A stretch of DNA of 64,000 bases from the human T2T-CHM13v2.0 reference genome, Homo sapiens (GCF_009914755.1 NC_060925.1); one strand, 5' to 3'. Counted from the first letter of the stretch, positions 1-13,745 are shown. Program-made: numbers and translations. The notes: generated by a model not told the origin, from the sequence alone.

Positions 1-355
1 GTCTTAATCAGTTCAGATTGCTATAATAAAAATTCCATAGACTGGATGTCTTAAACAACAAACATTTCTTTCTCATGGTTCTGAAACATGGAAGTCTGAG
101 ATCAAAGCACCTACAGTTCCAGTGTCTGGTGAGGGCCCTCTTCCTGGTTTTCAGATGTCTGTGTTTTTATTATGTCTTCCCATGCCAGACAGAGAGATCA
201 TTTCTCTTGTGGCTCTTGTAAGTGTTCTAATCTCATGCATGAGGAGGGCTCTCCCCTCATGACCTAATTACCTCCCAAAGGCTCTACCTCCAAATATCAC
301 ACTGGAAATGAGGGCTTCAACATAAATATTTTGGGGAAAACATTCAGTCAATAAC
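1..355 (-). mobile_element. MLT1A-type MaLR solo LTR (ERVL-MaLR)
   Basis: Matches the reverse complement of the recalled MLT1A consensus along its length (ccatagactgg..ttaaacaaca, tctggtgagggccctcttcctgg, cctaattacctcccaaaggc, agggcttcaacata, aacattcagtc). Confidence 0.85.
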
Positions 356-1329
356 CCTTAAATTCGTAGAATTATATAATCTAAAATGGTTTATTGGCTC
401 AGATAAATGAAAAGCACATTAAACATTGCTGGTATATAAAAGCTTCCATATAGAATGATTTAGACATTGCATAACAAAAAGAAAATCAACACAGAAGAAC
501 TGAAACATATATTCTAGAGTAGGTATAGAAGCCTCTGTTTCTTCATGTGTGAATTGTTATTTAGGAGATCAAACTTGAGTATTTGGGCATTCAATTTTTT
601 GAATTACTTATTTTTAAAGTAATTCAAATACAATACAAAACTTAAATCAAATAGTACCCACAGATGTATGATGAAAGGTCAAGGTATTTCTAATGACTTC
701 TGCCTTTGGCACTATGGTAGATTAACTAGCTGAAAAACCTTCTGTTTTTTATTTTTCTATTATTAAAAGCTAGATAATCTGGATTAAAAAAACACTTATA
801 GTAGAATATTTAAGCTTATAGAAAAGTAGGGAAAATTCCCTGGAGAGAAAAAATAAAGTAAACATGAGAAGTTGACTCTGAATTTTAGGAGCATTAGATG
901 AATTCAATAGAAGTTTAGATATTAATAGCTGTGCAGAGGACAGGAGAGACAAAGCTTTGGTCAAGTAGAAAGTAGGAAGTTGGAAGTAAAATATCTGCAT
1001 GGGGCTGGTAATTTCCAAGCTCTTCATAACAAAAGAAATTAAGACCTCTACTCAGAGAAAAACAAACGTAGAAAGAAGAAAGTCTAAGTAAATGGGGGAA
1101 CATATTAATATTATGTTTGTGGATTAGAACACCAAATAATTTCAATATGTTATTTCTTTACAGATTTTCTATAGTTTCATTTCAATCCTTAATTTGCGAT
1201 GAGACTGTTCTTTTTTAATATTAACAAGTAGATTTTATAATTTATTATATGTGGAAATTTAATAGGCTATGCATAGCTGATAATCTTGAATACTGTGAAT
1301 AAAGGAGACTTTAATATATTCTTGATATA

Positions 1330-2200
1330 TTAAGAATTATTATAAATATATAGTATTATAATTAAGAAAGTGGAACTTTTAATAGGCCATACAGATAGAA
1401 AAACAGAAGAATGGAAGTCCAGAAATAAATGCATGCATATGTAGAAACTTAACTTAACCAGGACTTAATGACCAAAGTAGCCATATAGAAGAGTAGTGAA
1501 AAAGCGGTCTTTTAAAAAGTGATGATATATTAATTGGACATCCATATGCAAAAAAAAAGAATCTTCACTTCTACCCCACACCATATGTAAAATTATAAAA
1601 TTAATAAACACACATACATATCCTGTTAGAGTGTATATCTCAAATTCAAATCTAAGTGTATGTCTTTTAGATGCAATAGAAAATGTTATAAATTTACAAG
1701 GCAAACATTTCTGAAATAGGACATCATTAGCACTGATTATGAAGGAAAAGATTGGTAAATTGGCCTACATTGACATTAACAGCTTGATATGGTTTGGCTG
1801 TGTCCCCACCCAAATCTCATCTTGAATTGTAGTTCCCATAACACTCACATGGGCAGGTAATTAAATCATGGGGGAAGTTACCCACATGCTGCTCTTCTCA
1901 TGATACTGAGTTTTCATGAGATCTGATGGTTTTATTAGGGACTTTTCCTCCTTTGCTTGGCACTTCTCTCTCCTGCCGCCATTTGAAGAAGGACATGTTT
2001 GCTTCCCCTTCCACCATGATTGTAAGTTTCCCGAGGCTTCCCCAGCCATGCAAAACTGAGTCAATTAAACCTCTTTTCTTTATAAATTACCCAGTTTCAG
2101 GTATGTCTTTATTAGCAGCATGAGAATGGACTAATACATAGCTTCTCTTCATCTAATGGCACCATTAAAAAGTAAAAAGGGCAACAAATTTGGGTGTTGT
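1330..2200 (+). mobile_element. Old L1M fragment (ORF2 3' region), split by THE1 at 1785-2138
   Basis: Degenerate L1 ORF2 motifs (gaagtccagaaataaa, aattggacatccatatgcaaaaa, cacaccatat, cttctcttcatctaatggcaccattaa) continue across the THE1. Boundaries approximate. Confidence 0.65.
1785..2138 (+). mobile_element. THE1-family MaLR solo LTR
   Basis: Starts tgatatggtttggctgtgtccccacccaaatctc and ends ggactaataca. 5-bp TSD cagct (1780-1784)/tagct (2139-2143). attaaa polyA signal. Confidence 0.95.
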
Positions 2201-2269
2201 TGCTACCAAAAAATAAATAAATATGGGTCATTAACTTAACCAGGAAGACAACATACATCAGAGACTTTA

Positions 2270-3050
2270 TAGACATTGATTCATGTCACTGAGTGACAAA
2301 TCTTATCTAAAATAATTACCTCTAGCAATATGGGAGGCAGCCTATGTATGTAATGAATTTTTGATTGTGAGGTAAAGTTAAAAGCAGAATATTGCTAGTT
2401 TCTCTTATTTGCTATTGGCTGTATTTAACATGGTATCATGAGAAAAATGAAATTTGAAGGAATTGGTTAATTTTCAAGCAGTAATGAAAAGGATACAAAA
2501 TACTCAGAAAGCTGAGGATTTAAGAGGCTTAAAAAAAGCAACTGCTTCTTAAACCTAACCAGTAAGAGGGTATAAGAAAGACTTCAGAAAATTTTGAGTG
2601 ACCTTGGCTCAGCATTGTGACAAAGACCAAATTAAGAGTACAGTTTTCACACTTACTGTTAATTACCCTCATTGAATTATTGTGCCTCAAGGAAAAGTTC
2701 AAGTTAAGAGAATGTGGTCAAGTAAAAGTTTTTAATTAGATAAAATGATTCAGGGGAAAAGCTCAAGGTTGTATTAGGTTGGTGCAAAAGTAATTGTGGC
2801 TTTTGCCATTAATTTCAATGGCAAAATTCAGTAATTTTTGCACCTACCTAATAGTTCTTCCACTGAAGCCCAAAATTTCAAAGTAATTTATCAGTAATTT
2901 GAGAGAGAGGCATGAGGGCAAGAGGGAAAAGAAATATAGCTATTTTGGTGCGTATGTCAAGAAACTGGAATTCTGAATGTGATTATTGGAAGTAGATTAG
3001 AATCAGGTAGCTATAAAGACAAATTTTTGGAAGGGTTGTATTTCCAAAAT
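2270..3050 (+). mobile_element. Degenerate MLT1-type MaLR internal sequence
   Basis: Resembles recalled MLT1-int (ggaattggttaattttcaagcagtaatgaaaagg, aagcaactgcttct..cagtaagag). Heavily diverged and boundaries uncertain. Confidence 0.45.
2774..2851. mobile_element. MADE1 MITE (Hsmar1-derived, Tc1/mariner)
   Basis: 78-bp near-palindrome ttaggttggtgcaaaagtaattg...tttttgcacctacctaa, flanked by TA at 2772-2773 and 2852-2853. Confidence 0.95.
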
Positions 3051-4189
3051 GGATTAGGAATTGGAAACTCATGTGTGTATCCCCAAGTATTTCCCACACG
3101 TTCATAACAAATTCCTATTTATTATTTAGGATCACCTATTTCACATACTTAGCTAAGGCATGTAAGAAAATGAAGTGCAAGTGGGGTTGTTAGCCAGAGA
3201 GTCTAAAAATTCCCAAACACAAATTAGATAAACAAGAAGAGATGTAAAATACTATGATGGTGCAAGGTATAAGAACTAGACTAAAATCCAGTGGCTATAC
3301 AGTTTAGTCTTTATGCTCTAGTGTTAAATTTTATGCCTCTGTGTTCTTGGCTAAGAATCTTTCTATGCCACATTGCCCTTGCTGGCAATGATGTAATAAA
3401 GATATTTATGTTAACAATTTCAGAATTTTGTTTTGAGAATAAAATGGAAGGGAATATTTTTTGAAAATGTTATAGAGTGATATAAAAAATTGAGTCACAC
3501 AGGATATCAGATGTCTGCGGTATCTATCAAGCTGACATGATGTGACTTGCTGGAATACTCACCTTATTTGGATTCTGTAAGATATGTGTACCTAATTATT
3601 TTACAATTTAGACACAAAGCATTTTAACAAAAAACATATTTTTTAAGAGTTTCTAGATGAAATTATTTTTAACACCTAAGCTAGATAAATTTATAATACA
3701 AAAAAGAGATGATCAGACCGTTCGTTGTCTTTCTAGATCATATTAAATTTTAATTGTGGCAGATCAAATAAGTAATTAAGGACAAAAGCAAAATAAATAA
3801 AATTGGAGTTCTTTTTAAAAGATAAACATCCAAGGAAAGCTCAATAGAAAAATGTTGTCATTTAAAGTGAATTTACATTCTGGGCACAGCAAATTCTAAT
3901 TTTTTAAACCACAGACTAAGTGAAGCATAAGAAGTGAATGTGCATATTTTCCCTAATACTTCATCAATGTATTCTAGGGCTCCTTCTAAGGTCAAAACCA
4001 CTATAAGCAATGCCATGTCAATTAAAACTGTCTACAAATTGAAGTGCACTTTGGCTTCCATTCAGTTAATTGAATAATAGGGAATGCCTGAAAGGGTCAG
4101 TCATCCGTAATAATCTGAACTGGGGGCCAATTTCCCAAATTTGGTTTCTGATTAAAAATAGAGGCGATGCTGTCTTGACACATTTAAAA

Positions 4190-4500
4190 AGACAACAAAA
4201 ATTTATTTCTTGCCCATGCACTAAGCATATATGAGCTGGGTGGGGATTCTCTTGGGTTTCATCACAGCCCTCACTCTGGGATCCAGAATAAGGTGTCAGC
4301 TATTATCTGAATATTGGCAGAAACCATGGCTAAGGGAGAAAAGAAATGATCAAAGCATGAACTGGATATTATAGTGTCTGCCAGATGTGACACCTAATCA
4401 TTTCTGCCCTCTTTTCACTGACCACAGCAACTTACATAACTATGTCTGAGAAATAAAGCCAAGATGGTTAAGCCTCCTGCAGAAAGGATAAACAATGAAA
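4190..4500 (-). mobile_element. Ancient ERVL/MaLR LTR remnant (LTR33/MLT1K-L-like)
   Basis: Motifs caacaaaaatttatttcttg, ctcactctgggatccag, ccagatgtgacac..catttctgccc are typical of old ERVL LTRs. Confidence 0.45.
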
Positions 4501-5060
4501 TATATTATGTTCAACATATCTGGGTGTTTACAGGGGATATTAAGCACATACATTCCAAATGATTATTTCTGTGAATAGAATATATATATTTTACTAAAGC
4601 ATAAGCACTTGATGTTGTTTCTCCACATCCCAAATTTTCTCAGTATCTTGCAAATGTTTGAGTTATTAAGTTAAAAATAAATCAACATTTCAACAATCTA
4701 TGGACTAAAATACAATTTTGTTCATAGACAATTTTTGTGCTGCTGCTCCTTATTCTCATGAGACTCTGATTAAGTAATTAGAAAACATCACAAGTGCAAA
4801 GGGCTGGGTTGGGGGTGTCTCATTTTCACCAGAAACTGGTGCCTTTAAAAGTGCTCACCTCCTAACACCGATGCATTAGTGTTGGCACAGACTAGAATCC
4901 CTGCAGCATGGGCTGGCAGGCAATGCCAATTTGGGATAGCTTGAAAATATCATTAGAGAGCTACTGTATGAAAGCTGAAGGTAAGAAAGAGAATTCAGAT
5001 GTCAGTGTGCAAAAATAAGTGTGGGTTTTATTAAAGTCGACATCTGAAAATTAAAGATAA

Positions 5061-5401
<341 letters not shown>

Positions 5402-5974
5402 AATTTGTATATATTTTCATGCTATGTTATTCACTGTATAAAATGTTCATTCATCATGTATAATCACTATAGATTAAATTTTGTATCAACAGAACCTGAT
5501 TCATTCAAATCAGATATTTTAAAAATTTAATGACTTTAATCTGGATTCTCACTTTAATATTAATATTCTGCTTTTTGTTTACTTTATTTTGACATACTTT
5601 ATGCATTTTCAGTCTCCCTGTGCATTTTTATCGTCAGTTTTTCTTGTACATAGTATATATTTTAAGCTTATTTGAGAAACTTCATCTTTTATAAAGGGAA
5701 TTTAAGTAATTCATATTTATTTAAATAAATAACTTTTGGTATTGATTCTAATAGGTAATAATTGATATATTTCATGATTCCTTTCCTTTTTTCTATTATG
5801 CTTTATAAACTATGCTTACTTTTTGGCTCTGTAGTTATTTGCAAATTAGAATATTTAAAGATAATTTATATTAGATAACATTTTAAATATTCTAAAATTG
5901 TTTTTTCCTTCCTTAGCACTTCTAATCTTAGATTGGTTTTCCTTTATTGGCGATTTCATTTTTCTAATTGTTCT

Positions 5975-6120
5975 AGTCATAAATCTTTGAGTCATCTTTG
6001 GCTCATATCCTTCTTTCACACACAACATATAATCTGTAATGAGTTCCCATTGGCTCTAACTTTATATTTAGCACAAAATCCAACCACTTTTTGTCACCTC
6101 CTTTGTTAGGACCTTGGTCC
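5975..6120 (+). mobile_element. L2 fragment
   Basis: gagtcatctttggctc..tcacacacaacat..ttggctctaacttt..aatccaaccactt resembles L2a. Confidence 0.6.
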
Positions 6121-7172
6121 AGGGATAGGAGAATAAACTGTTACCAATTGTGAAGAGTTATAAAGTATCATGGAGATATTTTCAATCTACCATAGTGTAT
6201 AAGGTTTTTTTTGTTTCAAAATGTATTTAGTCTAATATTAACAAAGCACAATAGACTTTGAAAAAATGTTTCTTGTTAATACTTGCCTGGTCTTGTTTTG
6301 ATCATTTTTCAATCTTTATTTGTCCTTTTTGTTTACATAGCATACATATCATTTAGGTTTGCTAAAATATGTATCCAAATTATACTTGTTAAAAATCTTT
6401 TATTTCTTACATTTTAAGTGTATTAATTTTTTGAACACTCTTTCTTATTTTTATCCTGTGAACTAGTTTGGATGTTGGGACATTATTCTCATTCTGCTGT
6501 TATAGTATATGCTATACCTCTGTTGCTTAGATTCACTGGTAATTCTAATCTGTGATTGGATTGGACAGAATTCCAGGATAAGTGTTCATTTTTTTTTCTT
6601 GGATTCAGCTGTCATGTTTTCTAGTAGAAAGTACAGGAAACTGTAGATAAGTGTGTTCTCAGGCAGTATTAAAGAATTTTTCTTTTATCTAGGAGAAAAA
6701 TATAACCAAAAATTTCTGTTTTATATTTATTGGCTGTTATTCATTTCCAGTTATTTAAATCATACTATTGGTAATACTATTATCAATAAAAATATAATAC
6801 TATCTCCAATAGACATTTTTGAACATTAATTGATTTAATTATATTTTATAACTATACATCACATTTTCTCATATTAAATGGAAGTTTTCAATAATACAAA
6901 ATATCATTATGTAAAACATTTTCTCTTTGATTTTTTTTAAAAGTAATTTTATTAGAAATGTTTCTTCACTAGATTTGACTACTTAAAATAGTCTTACTTT
7001 TGAGGTTGAACACATTTTTGCCCTTGTTTCTGGCTACATTTTTAATGTTGCCAGAAATTTTAAGCAAAATATTTTCTTAAATTTTAAGACAGTGGGCAAG
7101 TGTTATTTTTACAGTCAGAACTATTTTTGAATTTTTGTTGTTTTAGTTTTCTTAAATTAAACTTATGTTTCT

Positions 7173-7483
7173 GGCTGGGCATGGTGGCTTACGCCTGTAA
7201 ACCCAGCATTTTGAGGGGCCGAGGTGGGTGGGTCACCTGAGGTCAAGAGTTTGAGACCAGCCTGGCCAACATGGCAAAACCCTGTCTCTACTAAAAATAC
7301 AAAAAGCAGCCAGGCGTGGTGGTGGGTGCTTGTAATCTCAGCTATTAGGGAGGCTGAGGCATGAGAATCACTTGAACCCAGGAGGCAGAGTTTACAGTGA
7401 GCCGAGATGGATTGCGTCACTGCACTCCAGCCTGGGGGACAGAGTGAGACTGTCTCAAATAAATAAATAAATAAAAATAAAAA
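7173..7483 (+). mobile_element. Alu (AluSx/Sz-like)
   Basis: Full Alu with (AAAT)n tail. TSD aaacttatgtttct (7159-7172)/aaacctatgtttct (7484-7497). Confidence 0.97.
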
Positions 7484-8384
7484 AAACCTATGTTTCTTAA
7501 TTTATAAGCAATGGCTACACTAAAGTAAACAACTGTGGTAGCAAAGCTAAATCTGAGAACATGAGCTATGACAAAATGGTCTCATTTAGCAGAGACATTA
7601 ACTGTGTAACAACTACGCCATAGACACTAACAAAATACTAGGGTAAGAACAGCAAAATGGATATCATAATTTAATATTTTCTCTTGAATATTACTGAAAT
7701 AAATCACATTACTTTTTTTCCCCAAAATACACTTGAATATATTCTTTGTTAGATATTAATCAATATTAATAACCACAAAGTCTTGTTCAATGAGTAGGCA
7801 CGAGGAGATCACATGTCATGGAAAAGTGGTTAAAATGAGGCCAATGCTTTCTTTTCTGAGGACATGATTGGGGTGGATTAACAAACGTGTATATTTACTT
7901 TGGCTGGGGCACAGCAGGGTCTGGGAGTTTACCTCCTTTGGAGAGGCATAGAAGCAGTCAGTGGCTGACTGAAATTTAGATCAAGTAAGTAGCTTGCTTT
8001 CCTCTCCTCCTTGACACTTATGGGAGATATTAAAGCCTAGCCTCTGGCTTTGACCTTCTCAAGGACAGAGGAAACACATGCGATGTAAAGAAAGCTAGGC
8101 AACCCAGACCTTCCAGCATCAGCCACAGGGTCTCTATACATGGGTCGATGTCTTTTCTGCTTCCTGAGTTGGTTCTTTAAGGATCAGCCACTGCCTTAAG
8201 CCACTACACAGTGCAGGAAAGATAAAGGGGCTTCCACCCATTTTGACCACAGTTAATTCATAAATCAATTAATCTGCTCAAGTAGTTGAGAGTTGACCAT
8301 ATTTATGTATCTCTATTATACTGTTAGACTCCCAAATATTCTTATTAAAATGTTGGTCTAATAAACTCCACCCTGACTAACTTC

Positions 8385-8388
<4 letters not shown>

Positions 8389-8434
<46 letters not shown>
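8389..8434. repeat. (CA)23 microsatellite
   Basis: Pure CA run. Confidence 0.98.
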
Positions 8435-8435
<1 letters not shown>

Positions 8436-9109
8436 GCGCTGACTTCATTATCAGCAAACTACAGGCTTTACTTTAGTCCCTGGAGCAGGTGACAATTTGA
8501 TTTTTAAGTGTCTTACTGATACTTTGCATTGATGTAGCACCATTCAAACCAAATCTCAAAGTGCTCTACAAAACATTAATTAATGAGAGCTCATAATATC
8601 CCATAGAGGACCGGTACATTTTGCAAGCTACCCATTCAGAGATGAAATTTCCAGGGGTTAAGAGGCTTAATAAAAGTCACACTTCAAAAGCAATTGTACA
8701 GCTATGAAATGAGTTCAGAATTTGAAACTATCAATTTATATCACTATCAACCAGGACTCATTTCCTCTTACTGTGTGTCAATAACCAGTAATTGACTTTT
8801 TTTTTTTTTTGGTTTTTAAAGCTAAAGTAGCATAATTCAGAAAGCAAAAAGGCCAACGTTTCAGAAAGGCTTTCTAAATAGATGTGCTAGTGGCTATACG
8901 ATTCTGTGCTAGTGTTGATACAGAAATAGTTGAACTTTAAAAGTGGGGGTGTTTACTATAAAAGACGCCAACTATTTGGGAAGAACATATTATTGGGAGA
9001 TAAAAAGGTTGAATTTGGCAATTTGGCATTGAATAGCAATTTAAAAGTTCAAAACTAACATTTTGAGATATTAGTTGTGACGAATTTTTAAAGAGCACCT
9101 GCAATATGG

Positions 9110-9243
9110 TAGTTAGATCACAAGCTTTGATGTTAAATAAAATTGAATACAACTTTAGGCTCTGCTATTTAATTGCTGTGAGACTTTGAGAAAATTACTG
9201 AATCCTTCTGAGCTTCAATTTTCTCATTTGTAAAATGGAGACT
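9110..9243 (+). mobile_element. MIR fragment
   Basis: MIR core: ggctctgctattta..gactttgagaaaattactgaatccttctgagcttcaattttctcatttgtaaaatgg. Confidence 0.75.
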
Positions 9244-9251
9244 CAGTTAAT

Positions 9252-9252
<1 letters not shown>

Positions 9253-9290
<38 letters not shown>
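9253..9290. repeat. (CA)19 microsatellite
   Basis: Pure CA run. Confidence 0.97.
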
Positions 9291-9292
<2 letters not shown>

Positions 9293-9389
9293 TGTATGAA
9301 GAGGAATGCCAAACTTTTTACTTATCACAAATATACTTCATTTCTCTGAGCAGTGAATCAGGAAAAAATTAACTGGAATTATTTTCCTC

Positions 9390-11010
9390 TCTAAATTTAA
9401 TTTTCGGAATATATAATTCATGCAAATGGTATAAAATTTAAAATTTAAATACTTTTAAAAATGTACCTCCCTTCCTTACTTGTTTCCCAGCCATCTAGAT
9501 ACTCTCCAAGAGAAACCTCAAAATTACATTCAAAATGTATATTTCCAATGGTTGCTATGAATTTAGACATATTTTATTTACACATTTGTTCATGCCACAA
9601 AGATTATTATGTCTAATACATGTTGTTAGGATACTTAAGATTGATTATCACTTATATCTTAGAAATCATTTTATGTATGTTTAGATACATTATTTTTAAT
9701 AGCTGCATTTTTTAGTGAATGATTTATTAACCAGTATCATATTGCTCAGTAAATTTTTTCCCAGGTCTTTGCTATTATGACTGGTTTGGCATATACAGTA
9801 ACTACTGTGCAACATAAAATATGTACAAAGATATATTTATGTACATTTGCTATAATTATTTATCTTACATGTAGGACAAATATAGCAAAATCTCTGTGTC
9901 AAAGTTGTATGTATACTTAATTTTGATAGATATTGCTAAATTGTGCTACATAGAAGTTGTCAAATTTGCCAGTCCCACCAGTTTCTCCTAATGATACAAT
10001 GATAGAGGCAGGAGGAAGATTAATTCTAAGCACACAGGGGCGTGTCCCTGGCAAAACCCCACCTGCAAGCCTAAAAGCCTGAAACCTGCAGCCCAACATG
10101 AGAACTTTCATCCCTGTTTTCCTGCTTGAATGTTGCTTTTTCCTAAACTACCCATGGCACCTCTCCACGCCCCCATGCTGTGCCTCTAAAAACTCCAGAC
10201 TCAGCTGGCAGAGAGGAGAAGCAGCTGGATGTCAGGAGGAAGTGGCTGGGCATCAGGGAGAGGCAACTTGACTTCCAAAGACAGAGGCAGAGAGGCAGTT
10301 TGACTTTACAGGAGAGTAACCTTCCCTTTCCATCCTCTTTCCTGCTCCCCTCCCTGCTGAGAGCCTCTTTCATCACTCAATAAAATTCTCCACATTCACC
10401 ATCCTTCAATTAGTCCATGTGACCTCATTCCTTTTGGGCACTGGACAAGAATTCAGGATGCACCGGGTAGGGGTACCCAGGAAGGCTGTCACACTGGCCC
10501 TCTGCCCTCACTGGGCTGAGGGCAACTGCCCACGTGATGAGGCAAAAGCCCCACTGAGCTGATAACACTTACGCTGTCCGCAGATGGAAGAGCTGAAAGA
10601 GCATCATAACACACCCTCTGAGGCTTCCGAGATCACAGGCATCCCTACCTGGACACTGCTGCAGGCCCGCATGGAGTTTGCTCCCACCTGCGCCCAAAAG
10701 CGGTCAGTTGGATCCCATACCCATAGCCTATACGTCCCCTCCCACAAGGGGTTGAGAACAGTGAGCCAAGTAAATGGAGTTTTTTTCCTGCCAGTGCCCA
10801 AAAGCACTCGCTCCAGTTCCTGCACTTGTTGGCTCACATGCTCCCTCTCATGAGGGGTAGACAGGGGCAGGCTGAGTAAATGAGGCACCCCCCAACCAAT
10901 CCCAAGTTCTGCAAAGGGGTCATGAAAATATCCTGTATCACTTACCCATGACAATACTGTATGCTATTGAACTTCTAGACATTTGTCAATCTTATAAGCA
11001 TAAATATGTT
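9390..11010 (-). mobile_element. Old L1ME/L1MC 3' region, interrupted by LTR at 9992-10940
   Basis: ttttgatagatattgctaaattg..cagtcccaccag resumes after the LTR (..catttgtcaatcttataag). Boundaries approximate. Confidence 0.55.
9992..10940 (+). mobile_element. ERV1 solo LTR, LTR27/LTR28-like (LTR1 group)
   Basis: Inverted termini TGATACA...TGTATCA; imperfect 4-bp TSD ctaa/ctta; tgatagaggcaggagg near the start; TATA-like ctctaaaaa ~10184; aataaa ~10379. Confidence 0.8.
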
Positions 11011-11305
11011 TTATTAATTTAAGAATACAAGTATTAAAATGAGGATACATTTAGATCAATAACAGCAACAAAAAGAATAACTTTCATGATGTCTAATTTT
11101 GACTAGATTTTTGTGTGTAATCATTAATACTTTAAGTATACCACCTAGCCAATATCATTTCGTGAATTTAGAGACATGCTGGTTTATTCTGTATAGGTAA
11201 ATGTAATTCTCAAGTTTCATTCCAAAAAACATGATCAAACTTTAAATGATTTAGTACTTCTGAACTTTTGAGTGATGTCTATATAACATCAGACTGTTTA
11301 GTCAT

Positions 11306-11686
11306 TGATATGGTTTGGTTCTGTGTCTCCACTCAAACCTCATGTTAAATTGTAATCCCCAATGTTTGGAGGAGGGAACTGGTGGGAGGTGATTGAATCA
11401 TGGGGGTGGATTTCCTCCTTTCTGTTCTCACAATAGTGAGTGAGTTCTCACAAGATCTGGTTGTTTGAAAGTGTATGGCACTTCCGGTTTTACTCTCTCT
11501 GTCTCCTGCTGGCCATGTGAAGATATGTCAGCTTCCCCTTTACCCTTCTGCCATGATTGTAAGTTTCCTGAGGCCTCCTCAGAAGCAGAAGCCTGCACAG
11601 AGCCATGAGCCGATTAAACCTCTTTTCTTTATAAATTACCCAGTCTCATGTATGTCTTTATAGCAGTATGAGAAGGGACTAATACA
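11306..11686 (+). mobile_element. MSTA/THE1D-type MaLR solo LTR
   Basis: tgatatggtttgg...ggactaataca with perfect 5-bp TSD gtcat (11301-11305, 11687-11691). Confidence 0.93.
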
Positions 11687-11956
11687 GTCATCCTGCAGCT
11701 ATTAAAATGTTCCTAATTTCATTTACAGATGATTAAACATTAGCCTAAATTATCAGGATTAATATTGAGATATTTGGTACAAATTTCTGAATATATGTTG
11801 AAGCTTTGTTAGAATGAAAGTTTGGTTCTCCTGGGTTGTGTGTTCATCTGCATTTGTCTGTTTGTTGAAAATCAAGTTATTTTTTACTTGGTCACAAATG
11901 CAATCTTGTGTGTGTGCATGCATGTGTGAGTGTGTGTGTTTGTGTGTGTGTTTATA

Positions 11957-12310
11957 CAGTCATGCATCACTTAACAATGAAGATACGATCTGAGAAGTGT
12001 GTCTTTAGGTGATTTCATTATCGTGAGCACCACTGAGTGTATTTATCCAAACCTATAAAGGATAACCTATTGCTCCTGGGCTATAAACCTGTACAGCATG
12101 TTATTGTACTAATACTGTAGGCAACTGTAATAAAATGGCAAATGTTTGTGTATGTAAGCATAGAAAAGGTAATGTCTTGTCCTATGATTTTATAAAAGCT
12201 ACAATGTCACTAGATAATAGGAATTTTTCAGCTTCATTATAATCTTAAGGGACCACTATCACATATGTGGTTTGTGATTGACTGAAACATCTTTATGCAG
12301 TGCATGACTC
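11957..12310 (+). mobile_element. Tigger3/MER7 non-autonomous DNA transposon
   Basis: TIRs cagtcatgcatcacttaac...ttatgcagtgcatgactc, TA flanks, internal aaacctgtacagcatgtta. Confidence 0.9.
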
Positions 12311-13666
12311 TATATGTAGTGAGTAATGCTTACAGTATTATATTCTTGACTTCCTAATTGAGATAGTAGAAAATATGTTAATCAATGTCACCTATGTTTT
12401 TATGAGACAGCATATTGATTTAACATTACTATTTTACTAACAGATTGGAGTTGACATTTATGAAATTGATGTTTATTTTACATGTATACAAGAGAAAAGT
12501 GTTTAAGAAATTATTACTATACTTCTTTGACCTCAATTATCCTGATAGTTCAAGCACAGTATTCTTTACAGACTTGAGAAGCTCTATGACTGAACCACTC
12601 CTTTACATCATTATTCTTTTTCATATTATTGTGAGCTCAAACTTTTCTGTGTTTCTACCTGCATTGATAAAGGAAACTTCATATGAACATACAGAAATAG
12701 GGGTGGGATATGTGAAAGGGATTAGTTATAAATCTCACACTGGGCAACACAAGCTTGAGGTTTTTCTAATTTATTTAAATCTCGTATTATGTTCCATTTA
12801 CTCTCCTTGTTTTAAATGTATTCACACTCATTGCACACAATTGATGCTCTAGTATTATGTGCCATGTTTATTGGGTGACTTCTCATATCCTTACCACATA
12901 TAAGCCGTTTACACAATTTGAGTAGGGCTAGAATATGTTAGGGAAGTTAAATGGTCAATTCACTGGACAATTTTACTGATTTAGCCAAGGCCTGTTTGGG
13001 TATAGAGCTGGCATGTTTTTCTACTAAATAATTAAATCAAACACAATTGATTTAAGTTAGAAATATATTTCTAGCCCAATATGGCATTCAGTCTGTTCAA
13101 TTACACTTTGGCTCAGATTTTGCAAATTTAAATAGAGGACCAAAACAAAAACAATTTCCCTAGGTATTTGCCTTAAACTAGTGTGCTATACTAGGATTGT
13201 AAGATCATTTATTTTGATGATAATCAGTGTTTGTGATTAAGCTTTGTCCTTTTTTGTCTAAAGCGAGTTTTATTCCCTAATAAAAAGTAGACATTCTTTG
13301 AAGACAATAACTTGCTTGTCTAGGTTTTGAGTTTCTCAAGCTTGAGTTCTCAAAAACAAAAAGGGTAGGAGTGCTATGAGAGAAGAGAGAACAGCCCACG
13401 AGTTTCTTTCTATTGTTCCAGAGCAGTGGCTGAATCTGATGGGGATGAGGAGGAAAACGCTGTGCAACGCACCGCTATACTCTTGACTTCAAGATGCTCA
13501 GGCTTCATAGACATTTTTCTGGCCAGTTTGGCAGAGAAATATTGAAGACACAGAAATTCCAACGGACTCATGTTTGTGGTCAATGGACACAATTGCAGTA
13601 ACCAGTTGACAATAACCGGAGGGAACTCCAAGTGTTTTGGTGTCACCTGTGTGTCTTGTATAAGTG

Positions 13667-13745
13667 CACACACACACATACACACACACACACATATATA
13701 CACAAAGATGTATATACATATACATACATACATATACTACATATA
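13667..13745. repeat. (CA)n/(TACA)n low-complexity microsatellite
   Basis: Seen directly. Confidence 0.9.

Noticed and set aside
13400-13560. Pyrimidine tract + CAG followed by an acidic frame (AVAESDGDEEENAVQR..) resembling an exon
   Set aside because: The frame stops after about 40 codons, there is no convincing donor and no recognisable protein. A non-coding exon cannot be excluded without RNA data.
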